Positions 29,301 to 37,577 of a stretch of DNA of 64,000 bases are shown piece by piece. How positions within the stretch are numbered: the stretch's first letter is position 1; each line of letters opens with the position of its first letter. The position numbers and the translations under genes were made by a program. The stretch comes from Dehalococcoidia bacterium. GTDB lineage: Bacteria; Chloroflexota; Dehalococcoidia; Lucifugimonadales; VXLM01. The notes under the pieces are model-generated. The model saw only the letters and a program-made list of their open reading frames with translations. It was not told where the DNA came from and made no database searches. The stretch spans positions 1,272,507 through 1,336,506 of the forward strand of contig OY759598.1 in assembly GCA_963662435.1 (NCBI GenBank), written 5' to 3'.

Positions 29301-29827
29301 CCGTCCCACTCCGGCTTGGCCGTCACCAAGTCCCCGAACCCCGTCTGCGCGCCAGGATCGTACCCCGTAACACGCATCTGGGCTTCGGTTCTGGTCGTCC
29401 TTGGGTCAATCGTCGGCAGGCTTGCGTGGAATACCGGCATGACCCCGTCGATGCGATTGTCCGCTGCCGCTACCTGCCGGATTTCCTCGATGGCCCCATC
29501 CGGCAGGTGCACGCCCCCAAAGAGCTGCGCCTGCGGAGAGGAGATTATCTCGTCCGTGTGCCCAAGCGCCGTGAGCGCGTCCACTCGGATCGAGTTCGTC
29601 ACCGTGTCGCCGATTCCCAACGACGTGGCGATGATCGTCGTGCTCAGCATCAGCCCCATTGTTATGAGGATGCTCTGCGCCAGGCGTCTCGGCACGTTTC
29701 GGACGCCAAGCTTGACCAGGATGGGACGCGACTTCGCGTAGTATCCGATGATGACCGCGAATACGATCAGGATGCAAAGCAGAACGACCGCCAGCCAGAA
29801 TGTGGGTATTCCAAAGAGTTGCTGCAC
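26366..29827 (-). CDS. FtsX/MacB-like ABC transporter permease (two repeats)
   Basis: RSSEIGMSRAVG and ERRQSIGMLRALG, C-terminal PAEALRYE, multiple TMs. Confidence 0.88.
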   Translation of the reverse strand: MQQLFGIPTFWLAVVLLCILIVFAVIIGYYAKSRPILVKLGVRNVPRRLAQSILITMGLMLSTTIIATSLGIGDTVTNSIRVDALTALGHTDEIISSPQAQLFGGVHLPDGAIEEIRQVAAADNRIDGVMPVFHASLPTIDPRTTRTEAQMRVTGYDPGAQTGFGDLVTAKPEWDGGSQAGKVVKLSDLRATNTEENARNDLFLNEDAARELSAKKGDRVIIVTPTDSWQMNVLAIVRNGGLAGGGGSNPIAIVRLDLAQAMMGQPGKYTEVLISNRGGLEGGLDLSDDVTGSLRLRFSDRETAQQIYEILGDRRALALYDFAIEGENASRDLQDDIAALRSELGRGTMSDEFISLVADRQFSATLVTILIRGGLTAEAERLNALNLEFFRLSVDDVKADRLELAEQTGSQFISLFSVFGSISIIVGLLLIFLVFVLLAAARSSEIGMSRAVGMRQGHVVQIFTFEGVSYTIAAALLGTLGGVVASIILAGFLQNVVSAEQFTIHNSFTIRSGVIAFCAGIILTLVTVFVSASWVSRLNIIVAIRGLREETVKRRGIVERIVRQGWPIMVLGGIVIASGLAIDEAVSTLGVGLSLFYIGVSIVVIGVGQLLRTVLGRSATAGRVVGTLEGLCLLVFWSLPLDTYDAVVGELKAGPEIFVLSGVAMVGSAVWLIMNNTPVIVAIVYGVLGRIKSLKAVMRTAVAYPMAARFLTGLTVAMFAMIIFNLMIFAILNNLGNLAREEPTRVTGGYDITAIVSPEIPIGDFKQTLADESIGSRTDIQVYAAQEVNRRVHDAGGSVLVPVEARQVGSADLEFKALQLMAVDDTFLEANEWRVSHYDPSRLLGSTDANRDMWLALRSDPSLAILNHTALPKDDSFSPNDPFDPNFGGFTAEGITASGPKRIRPFEVEIRPVGGGEPTKRTVIAVLESLADQLAIEQRTRADALTQARPATLFTSDDVLTEISDVPVPFTTFHVRRSGRGEKNVTAEDVAARMETAFMDRSMVAVSTERELQLSLSQDDAFNQLFQGFMGIGLIVGVAAIGVLSFRAVEERRQSIGMLRALGFRAKMVLIQFLLEATFVTLLGTVLGLALGTMTSWNIFNELAQQTDGLRFDIPWINVAIIVGVAWVFSLAMTTLPALQAGRIYPAEALRYE

Positions 29828-29869
29828 AGATAGCCTCTACCTATTGCGACCCATCGTTAATTGTCTGTT

Positions 29870-29955
29870 TGGTGCCCAGGACAGGACTTGAACCTGTACG
29901 CCCTCTCGGACAGCAGATTTTAAGTCTGCCGCGTCTACCATTCCGCCACCTGGGC
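29870..29955 (-). tRNA. tRNA-Leu(TAA), CCA encoded
   Basis: GCCCAGG acceptor stem, GGCGGAATGGTAGACGC D arm, CTTAAAA anticodon loop, long variable arm, GGTTCAAGTCC T arm and ACCA end. Confidence 0.96.
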
Positions 29956-30064
29956 CTCTCGACCTCGCAGTTCGAAGCGGGGCAGTACTTTAGAGGAAGC
30001 TACGCCATTATATGCCGCCGCGATTGGATGGCACAAATCCAGCCATCATTCGGGCTGGCTAACC

Positions 30065-30544
30065 TTAGCCGTCTCCCACCACCCTGAACGCATGAAGCGC
30101 CAGCGTCCGTACATCTTCCGGCGGGACCTCTGATCTGCCGTCTGGAAGTGTTAGTGGCGTCGAGTCGGCTATATCCTGCCTCGATACCCATTGCCAACCT
30201 TCATGGAGCGGCTCAGACGGGCCGGAAAGACGGCAGAAGTAGATCATGTCAATGTGGTTGTGGAACTCCTGTACGGGGTCGTCGATGTCCTCCACCATGA
30301 TGGTGAACGGCGGGAGTACCTGCGTAGGATAGGCGAGCTCAATGACTTCGCTCGTCGGAACGATCTCCGCGTGCAGGCCCGTCTCCTCATGTACTTCGCG
30401 GAGGGCGGCCTGCACGGGGTCCTCATTCTCTTCGATGTGCCCCCCGGGCGGGAGCCATGCTTTCACCTTCGGGTGCCAGTGGAGCACGACGCTGTCCTTA
30501 TGAACGACGAACGCCGTCGCAGTGAAGTGTCGTACGAGTGTCAT
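30065..30544 (-). CDS. NUDIX hydrolase
   Basis: GGHIEENEDPVQAALREVHEETG Nudix box. Confidence 0.92.
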   Translation of the reverse strand: MTLVRHFTATAFVVHKDSVVLHWHPKVKAWLPPGGHIEENEDPVQAALREVHEETGLHAEIVPTSEVIELAYPTQVLPPFTIMVEDIDDPVQEFHNHIDMIYFCRLSGPSEPLHEGWQWVSRQDIADSTPLTLPDGRSEVPPEDVRTLALHAFRVVGDG

Positions 30545-30561
30545 GCGCTCCGGCTAGCCAC

Positions 30562-32256
30562 CTATTCTTCCGACTCGCCGGAGTCTTCATCGACATCCTG
30601 TTCGAATTCGGAGTCCGGATCTGTCTGATGAGGGGCGTTTGCTCGCCTCCGGCGCACCACAAAGAACGCGATGACCACGACCGTGCCCCATACCGGCGAG
30701 AATATGGCTACCCAGATTCCCAGGGTTACAAGCCCCAAAACTACGGCGGACAGCGACCGCACGGCCCCCTTCATCTGGTCTCCCACTTCCCAACCCCCGA
30801 CGGTCCAGCCCAGGGGTTCAGAAACGAACACGGTTGCCGTAGACGACTTTTCCACCAGTCCCGCATCACTCTGCGCCATGATGGTGAGCCGCACATCGTA
30901 CGAGTACGGACGATGATTCTTGTAAGTGTGAGAGGCGACAACCGTCGTAGCTCCCTCAAGCACCGAACCCCTCAGGGGATCGGACCCGTCTCCGAAGTCC
31001 CAGACATACTCGATGTCCCTGAGTTCGCTCGGACGGGTGAACGACCCGCTGAACTGCACGGTCTCTCCCGACTCGATTGAGTAGTGCTCTCCGGCAAAGA
31101 CCTCAATGGCGGGCGCGCGTGACACCGTCACGATGACCGTGTCCTCGCCCTCGAACTCACCCGCCTCTCCGTAACCGGACATCTTGATCTGTGCGATATA
31201 CGGAGAGTCCCGCTCGTCTGCGAATACGTGTGTGATCGTTGCGGTCACCCTCTCCGAGGCGTTCTGCGTCGGGGCTGTGCGATTGCTGCTGACCGGATGC
31301 GACCCATCCCCGAAGTCCCACGTGAAGGTGAACTCTTCAATATCGGCAGGTGGAGTGAAGGTAGCACGGAACCTTACAGGATCATCGACTGCGGTCGACT
31401 TGTCCTCGCCCGCGTTGATGCTCATTTTGCCCTTGACCAACTCCAGGCTTACATTGATGAGGGAATACGCAGCCGTCTGCTCCAGGAGCTTGATGCGTCC
31501 TTGCAGACGCTCGATATCCTCCTGGACCTGGCTCAACGATTCCTGGATGGACAGGGCGTCCTCGACCTTTTCCGCACGGTCGAGAAGCTTGATGAGCGCC
31601 CCTTCGGTGGCCTCCAGGTTCGTGAGGCGCGCCTGGATGTCATAGTACTCGTCCGTCACATCCCTGCTGGACGTGATTTCGCTCTTGACGTCCTGCGCCA
31701 TGGCCCTAAGCCTGAGGATCGCCTCTTCCAGCCGTTCGGCCGGCACACGGATGGACACGAATCCCCTGTGCTCCTCCGCTCGGGAGGACGACACGAGCCA
31801 GCCACCCATCTCCTCTGCCAATCCGCCGATCGCGTCAATCGACTCCCCAACGTCGTCCACGGCAACACCCATGTCAACGGTACGAACTATTATCCGCCTC
31901 TGCTGGACAAGCGTAGCGGTATCGCTAACCGGTAGCGTCTCGTTGCCCCCGTCTTCCGCGACGGCCTGATCCCCAGCAATTCTCGCGGGCGCTCCTGCTG
32001 GTCCCGGCGCACCAGCCGACTGGACTACGGATTTCACCATTGCGCCCGAGTCTTCTCCGGATTCCATGGCCTCCTCGGACGTTTCGAAAGCCATGGCAGC
32101 CGGTTGTGCCGCGGGAGCAGGGGCCATGCCTGCAAAATCGCGTGAAGACGTGAAGCTCTCGCCACTGTCATCGCTGTCGGACATGCCGCATCCCAACACA
32201 CCTAGCGACAGGATCACGAGAAGGAAAATTAGCAGGCGTTTCATAGTCGAAATCAT
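30562..32256 (-). CDS. Lipoprotein with DUF4349 domain, two PKD domains and C-terminal TM
   Basis: Lipobox VLGC, SIRVPA, DVTDEYYD, coiled coil and two WDFGDG motifs. Confidence 0.82.
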   Translation of the reverse strand: MISTMKRLLIFLLVILSLGVLGCGMSDSDDSGESFTSSRDFAGMAPAPAAQPAAMAFETSEEAMESGEDSGAMVKSVVQSAGAPGPAGAPARIAGDQAVAEDGGNETLPVSDTATLVQQRRIIVRTVDMGVAVDDVGESIDAIGGLAEEMGGWLVSSSRAEEHRGFVSIRVPAERLEEAILRLRAMAQDVKSEITSSRDVTDEYYDIQARLTNLEATEGALIKLLDRAEKVEDALSIQESLSQVQEDIERLQGRIKLLEQTAAYSLINVSLELVKGKMSINAGEDKSTAVDDPVRFRATFTPPADIEEFTFTWDFGDGSHPVSSNRTAPTQNASERVTATITHVFADERDSPYIAQIKMSGYGEAGEFEGEDTVIVTVSRAPAIEVFAGEHYSIESGETVQFSGSFTRPSELRDIEYVWDFGDGSDPLRGSVLEGATTVVASHTYKNHRPYSYDVRLTIMAQSDAGLVEKSSTATVFVSEPLGWTVGGWEVGDQMKGAVRSLSAVVLGLVTLGIWVAIFSPVWGTVVVIAFFVVRRRRANAPHQTDPDSEFEQDVDEDSGESEE

Positions 32257-32501
32257 AACACAGAGACCTCCCATTACACTGATGACGACATAATCAATGA
32301 TCACTCCTACATGTATAGACGCACGCCGTCCTCGAATAGTTCCAAGAGTCTTGGGGAGGCAGGCCATTGATCAACCGCCTGCCCTGCTGCCCACCCCGGA
32401 ATTCTCTGTGAACTACCCTTTGCACCAATTGCCCCCTTCTCTCCTCTCTCAGGCGACACCTTTTACTCTTCACGCCGCCTATGCGATACGATAAGGCCGT
32501 C

Positions 32502-33593
32502 ATGCCTCGCCGACGAAACACACCGAAAAAACCCGCTGCCACGGAAGCTCAAGAGTATGAAATCGAATTGATTCCAGGGCTGGAACGCTTCGTCGATGAT
32601 GAACTGGCAACAACCCTCGGACGGCGCGCGTACCGTTTGACCGGCTACCCAAGGGAAGGGCGGATGTCCATCAGGTATGCGGGGACGGTCGAACGTTTGA
32701 TGGGCCTGCTAACCCCCGTCTCGGCGCATCTGGTCCTACGCTTCGATGTACCACGTCCCAAGGCCCTCTTGGGACATCAACACTTCACCCGACTCGTGGA
32801 CGTGATTAAGGAAGTGCTCGCTCTCCATCCGACTGGTACGTTTACTACCTTCCGCGTTAGCGCCGCTGGAACGGAGTCGGCCACCATGAGACGTCTTCGC
32901 GGCGAGATTGCAGCAGCCACGCGCTTGGACGAGCAGGTCGATGAGGCTCACCTGAACCTCGCGATTCGCCGCTCCTCGTCGGGAGATGGCTGGGAGGTGC
33001 TGGTGCGACTGTCCCCCATGCCGCTCTCGGCGAGGACTTGGCGTGTCTGCAACCGTCCCGACGCCCTAAACGCAACAATCGCACACGCCATGGTCACACT
33101 CCCCGGTCACTCCGGAGACGACAGGTTTCTCAACCTAGGATGCGGCTCAGGTACCCTGCTCGCGGAACGCGCGGCCGCAGGGCCATTCGCCAGCGCCGTC
33201 GGACTCGACATCGATCAGGAGGCTATCGCCTGCACACAGATAAACCTCTCCGCCGCCGGCGCTCTTCATGGAATCGAACTCCTGCGCGGAGACATCCACT
33301 CGCCACCGCTGCCGGACCGGTCGTTCGACGCTGCGGTCGCCGACCTGCCGTTCGGTATGCTCGCCAACACCGATGTCGGTCTCGATAGTCTCTACGAATC
33401 TGCCCTGCGTGAAGCGGCGCGGCTGGTCGTTGAGGATGGGGCATTCACCGTCATAACTGCACGACGCAAACTGTTTGAAGACACCCTCGATCGACACGCC
33501 GAATCGTGGAGACGCACCGCTGAGGTACCGCTTCGAGTGTCGTTTCACCGTGGGTACATTGCGCCGAGCATATACCTGCTGCGCAGGATCTAG
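32502..33593 (+). CDS. THUMP-domain RNA methyltransferase
   Basis: PGLE, GCGSGTLLAE and DLPFG. ATG 32502 follows TACGAT. Confidence 0.82.
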   Translation: MPRRRNTPKKPAATEAQEYEIELIPGLERFVDDELATTLGRRAYRLTGYPREGRMSIRYAGTVERLMGLLTPVSAHLVLRFDVPRPKALLGHQHFTRLVDVIKEVLALHPTGTFTTFRVSAAGTESATMRRLRGEIAAATRLDEQVDEAHLNLAIRRSSSGDGWEVLVRLSPMPLSARTWRVCNRPDALNATIAHAMVTLPGHSGDDRFLNLGCGSGTLLAERAAAGPFASAVGLDIDQEAIACTQINLSAAGALHGIELLRGDIHSPPLPDRSFDAAVADLPFGMLANTDVGLDSLYESALREAARLVVEDGAFTVITARRKLFEDTLDRHAESWRRTAEVPLRVSFHRGYIAPSIYLLRRI

Positions 33594-33597
33594 CTCA

Positions 33598-34416
33598 CTA
33601 CGCCCTCGGCGGAGGCGCGCCGGTGTCGTCGTCGGTCCAGATGTGGACGTTCCCGGGATTCGTGACGGGCAATCGCAGGGACTCCACCCGCCCCACTGTG
33701 GTTATCTGGTGCCGGAACCCGCGCGGCGTGAAGACGATATCTCCCGGGCTTGCGTGCAGACTCGGTCTCCCCTCTCCTACCTCGAACACGAGCTCACCAC
33801 CGCCAATCACCCACCACTCATCGAAGTCGAAGTGCCAGTGCGCCTTGCTTACGTCACCGGGAGGCACACGTATCAGGTAGACGGTGTTGATGGCATCTTC
33901 GATGACTGTAAAGCGTCTCTGGTCGGAGCTTGCCAGCAGGTCGCTTGTGCGGGTATGTAACACGCCGGCCGGTTGGGTGAGTGTCTCGGGCTCGTCGTGC
34001 TCCTCATGTTCTTCCGAGGTTGCGTTCTCCCCAATCGTGGAGACTGAAACTCGTAAAGCGCCCTCGTCTGCAATAGTGCGACATTGTCCCTTCAGGCCAG
34101 CGGGACACATGACGATGTCGCCCTTTTCAGCGCGAAATGGAGGCTGGCTCCCGATACTGCACTCGTACTCGCCGTTCAGTACGAACCAGAACTCGCCGGA
34201 GTCGATCTGAAGAGGTGCTTCTTCGGCCTTCGATGGTGGAGCGTCACATACAAGTGCGACATCGTTCCGTCCATCGTGGAACAAGTCCACCCGCCACGGC
34301 CCGGGTCCCAGCCGAGCGCGGATGTCATCGGGGCGGAATAGAGTCGGCTCAGTCGGACTGACTATGGAGGACAAGAATGCCTCAGGTGACGGCGGAATCC
34401 GACCGCGCCTCATCAC
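33598..34416 (-). CDS. Bicupin protein
   Basis: Two cupin repeats. Only the C-terminal one keeps HWHFDFDE...H. Confidence 0.75.
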   Translation of the reverse strand: MMRRGRIPPSPEAFLSSIVSPTEPTLFRPDDIRARLGPGPWRVDLFHDGRNDVALVCDAPPSKAEEAPLQIDSGEFWFVLNGEYECSIGSQPPFRAEKGDIVMCPAGLKGQCRTIADEGALRVSVSTIGENATSEEHEEHDEPETLTQPAGVLHTRTSDLLASSDQRRFTVIEDAINTVYLIRVPPGDVSKAHWHFDFDEWWVIGGGELVFEVGEGRPSLHASPGDIVFTPRGFRHQITTVGRVESLRLPVTNPGNVHIWTDDDTGAPPPRA

Positions 34417-35491
34417 GAGGGGAGCCTCGCCACTGTCTGACGGAGGGCGTCAGGAGAAACAGTGCGGCCTCGATCACGTTGTACCCGACTATGGCGTAAT
34501 TTGCCACGCTCTCCGCGCGCTCGGACCTGAGCTGAGACGAGTTTTGATGCCCGGTTTCCCGTGCGTGGGCGGACTTTGAAGTGGCGGCGCTGAGCCTAGA
34601 ATCTTTCCCGTCTTCCATGGTTGTTGGGGAGATCGCACCCTTCGAGAACCGTCGCCAGGTGGCGAGGGCCACGAGCGACTGCAGTACTGACGCAACGACG
34701 ACGATCATCACCGCCTCGAAGAAGAACCCATCCGGATACACCCGCAGGATGAATATCGCAGCAACAACCACCGTGAGCGTCTGGATGACCGTGACCCTGT
34801 GGAATACGGATGCCGGGAACGCCTTGTGCAACGCATTCGACAGGAACAGCAGCCAGAGTCCTTGTATGACGGTCAGGCCGGCCAGGACCATTGTGGTGTC
34901 GAAGAAGAACCCCTCCGGGAACATTGCGATCAGGAAGTCGCGTGCCGGATCGAGCTTCCACAGATCATTGGTGAATGCGATCAGGTGGAAAACGTAGAAG
35001 GTCTGGCTGAACCCTGTCAGCGAAAGCAGTCCGGCGGCAAATACTATGGCGAGGGTAGCGGCGGCTCCCCATAAGACCAGTCTCACGAGGACTCGAGGGA
35101 AGGTCCGAGGTGCGATCGCGAGTCCCACCGGAATGAACAGGAGAATGTACAGCCCCGCAATGAGCTGCACGTTGTAGAAGGTGCGTATGAGCACCTTCAC
35201 GTCATACATGTGCAGGATTTCAGTCTCGTTATAGAGGGAGTACACTGCCCCGCCGAATTGGACCTTGACGTCGAGCCAGCGCTCCTCGTTGCTGAAGTAG
35301 TCGCGGATCTGCCTGCCTGCGGAGATGAGCTCGGCACGTTCGATACCCGTCACCTTCTCAATCTCGTACTGGTCGAAGCCGTAACTGTAGAGCAGAGGCG
35401 TGTTCACGACCACGCGCAGGTTTGTGATGATGAGAAACAGCGGAATGGCGACAATGAACGCCGCGTAGGCGATGGCCTTGATGGTGGACAT
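34382..35491 (-). CDS. DUF1461/TIGR01906 (Lit-like) membrane protein with C-terminal extension
   Basis: EILHMYDVK and FHLIAFTNDLWKLDP..D.LI.MFPEGFF. Confidence 0.75.
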   Translation of the reverse strand: MSTIKAIAYAAFIVAIPLFLIITNLRVVVNTPLLYSYGFDQYEIEKVTGIERAELISAGRQIRDYFSNEERWLDVKVQFGGAVYSLYNETEILHMYDVKVLIRTFYNVQLIAGLYILLFIPVGLAIAPRTFPRVLVRLVLWGAAATLAIVFAAGLLSLTGFSQTFYVFHLIAFTNDLWKLDPARDFLIAMFPEGFFFDTTMVLAGLTVIQGLWLLFLSNALHKAFPASVFHRVTVIQTLTVVVAAIFILRVYPDGFFFEAVMIVVVASVLQSLVALATWRRFSKGAISPTTMEDGKDSRLSAATSKSAHARETGHQNSSQLRSERAESVANYAIVGYNVIEAALFLLTPSVRQWRGSPRDEARSDSAVT

Positions 35492-35564
35492 GGAAATAGG
35501 GTATCGCGTTCGGAGCCAGGGACGCTACATGATGGGAATCAATCCACCATCATTTTGGGTGTCG

Positions 35565-36473
35565 CTATCTGCGGCGCTGGCGTGGGTCGAGTGCCTCGCG
35601 TATGCCGTCGCCGATAAAGTTCCAGGCAATCACCACGAGGAAGATGGCGAGTCCGGGGAACGTTGTGAGCCACCATGCAATGGTGATGAATTCGCGGCCC
35701 GCAGTGAGCATGTAGCCCCAAGACGGCGTAGGTGGCTGGATGCCAAGGCCGAGGAAGCTCAGGCTTGCCTCGATGAGGATGGCGTAACTCATTCCCAGTG
35801 AGGCCTGAACGATAATGGGAGACACCGTGTTTGGCAGGATAGTCCTGAACATGATGCGAACCGGGCCGCAGCCTATGGCGCGTGCGCTTTCCACGAATTC
35901 CTTTTCACGCAGGGACAGGGTATTCGCCCTCGTGATTCGCGCGAATGGCGGAATGAAGCCAACGGCGATGGCTAGCATCGCGTTTCGCAGCGAAGGACCG
36001 AGAATGGCTACCATGAGAATCGCCAATAGCAGGGCGGGGAACGCGAGAATCACGTCCACGATCCGCATGAGAATGCTGTCTGTCCACCTGCCGAAGAATC
36101 CAGCGACAAGCCCGACCGTCACGCCAACAGTCGTGGCCAACAGCATGGCGAGAAGTCCAACTTGTAGCGAAACCCTCCCACCGTAGATGAGGCGGGTCAG
36201 GTTGTCGCGTCCCAAAGAGTCCGTGCCTATGGGATGCTCAATGGAGGGAGGAAGCATGAGGGCGTCATAGTCCTGCTCCAGGGGATCTGTAGGGAGCAAC
36301 GGAGCGATGAGGGCGGCCACGACGAACACAATGATCGTGACAGCCCCGAAAACGGCAGTTCGATTTCTTGCGAAACTCGCCATGAACAGCCGCAGCATTC
36401 GCGCGCGTCGCCTATCGGCGAAGTCATCGCTTACTTGCAGCTCGATAGCTCTCTCTTGGGCGTCGGATCTCAT
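35565..36473 (-). CDS. Peptide/nickel ABC permease, DppC/OppC type
   Basis: HPIGTDSLGRD, EFVESARAIG, SLSFLGLG and ALDPR. Confidence 0.92.
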   Translation of the reverse strand: MRSDAQERAIELQVSDDFADRRRARMLRLFMASFARNRTAVFGAVTIIVFVVAALIAPLLPTDPLEQDYDALMLPPSIEHPIGTDSLGRDNLTRLIYGGRVSLQVGLLAMLLATTVGVTVGLVAGFFGRWTDSILMRIVDVILAFPALLLAILMVAILGPSLRNAMLAIAVGFIPPFARITRANTLSLREKEFVESARAIGCGPVRIMFRTILPNTVSPIIVQASLGMSYAILIEASLSFLGLGIQPPTPSWGYMLTAGREFITIAWWLTTFPGLAIFLVVIAWNFIGDGIREALDPRQRRR

Positions 36474-37414
36474 TCGTATCGAATCCGTGGGTCAAGATAT
36501 CCGTACAGGATGTCGGCAAGAAGGTTCACCGATATGTACCAGACGGAAGTAACGAGGACGATCATCTGAACGATCGCATAGTCCCGGGCCTGGATGGCGT
36601 TCACCAATAGCAGTCCGACGCCGGGCCACTGGAAGACGGTCTCCGTGACGAGTGCCCCTGCCAGCAGAGCTCCCAGGTCGAGCGCAATCACCGTGACGAC
36701 CGAGAGCATCGCGTTCTTCACGGCGTGCCTTGCCACCACCGTGCGGTACGGGAGTCCCTTCGCTTGGGCAGTACGAACATAGTCGGAGCTCATCACGTCC
36801 AACATCCCCGACCGCATGTATCTCGTCAGTGCGCCCATAAGCTGAAATCCGAGCGCCAAGGACGGCAAAATGAAGTACTTCCAGTGGAACCCCTGCCCTA
36901 TGGGCCCATACCCGAAGGACGGAAGCCAGTCCAGCCGCACGGCGAACAGCAATATCAGCATGAGCCCGACCCAGAAGCTCGGAGCCGCCACGCCGAATAG
37001 CGACGAGCCCGAGATGATGTTGTCGAGAAGGCTGTACGGACGCAGGCCGGCTAAAATGCCCACCGGAATTGATACGCCCAGTCCAATCGCCATTGCCGCC
37101 AGGGTGAGAGGAATCGTCCTCTTGAACTTCTCCCACACGAGCGGAGCAACGGGATGGTCGGAAGCATAGGCGAGAGAGACTCCCATGTCGCCCCTCAAGA
37201 CCTTTCCTACCCAGATGACGTACTGCTCGTAAATCGGCTTATCGAGGCCAAGATCATGGCGTTCCTGTACGAGCGCCTCCCTGGTGGCTTCCATTCCCAG
37301 CCGTGTAACGGCCGGGTCTCCGGGTGCAAAACGCACCGCGGCGAATATGATGAATGAGAGGACGACGACGACGTATAGCGTTTGAAGAACACGGCGGGCA
37401 ATATAAGCCTGGAT
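36470..37414 (-). CDS. Peptide/nickel ABC permease, DppB/OppB type (probable ATC start)
   Basis: PGDP, LGLDKP, DYVRTAQAKG and LDPRIRY. The frame extends 26 codons upstream of the GTG at 37336 to an ATC preceded by GGAGG. Confidence 0.9.
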   Translation of the reverse strand: MQAYIARRVLQTLYVVVVLSFIIFAAVRFAPGDPAVTRLGMEATREALVQERHDLGLDKPIYEQYVIWVGKVLRGDMGVSLAYASDHPVAPLVWEKFKRTIPLTLAAMAIGLGVSIPVGILAGLRPYSLLDNIISGSSLFGVAAPSFWVGLMLILLFAVRLDWLPSFGYGPIGQGFHWKYFILPSLALGFQLMGALTRYMRSGMLDVMSSDYVRTAQAKGLPYRTVVARHAVKNAMLSVVTVIALDLGALLAGALVTETVFQWPGVGLLLVNAIQARDYAIVQMIVLVTSVWYISVNLLADILYGYLDPRIRYE

Positions 37415-37443
37415 GGCTGGGACCTCCGGGACGCGACGTAAGA

Positions 37444-37474
37444 GTCGGTTTCAGGATGAGTTCCTGAAACCGAC
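37444..37474. terminator. 13-bp stem-loop between the SBP and permease genes (terminator or mRNA stabiliser)
   Basis: GTCGGTTTCAGGA / TCCTGAAACCGAC. Confidence 0.6.
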
Positions 37475-37577
37475 CCTTCCATATCTAATGGGAATCTGGG
37501 ACCAAGTTTGAGCCTGAGGCCGCCGAACGCTCAACATTTCAAAGGACAATGCCCGGCGGCCCGGTATGTTCGATCTA

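Noticed and set aside
29870..29955. tRNA-Leu as an island integration site
   Set aside because: No integrase and no duplicated tRNA 3' end were seen. The gene downstream is an ordinary permease.
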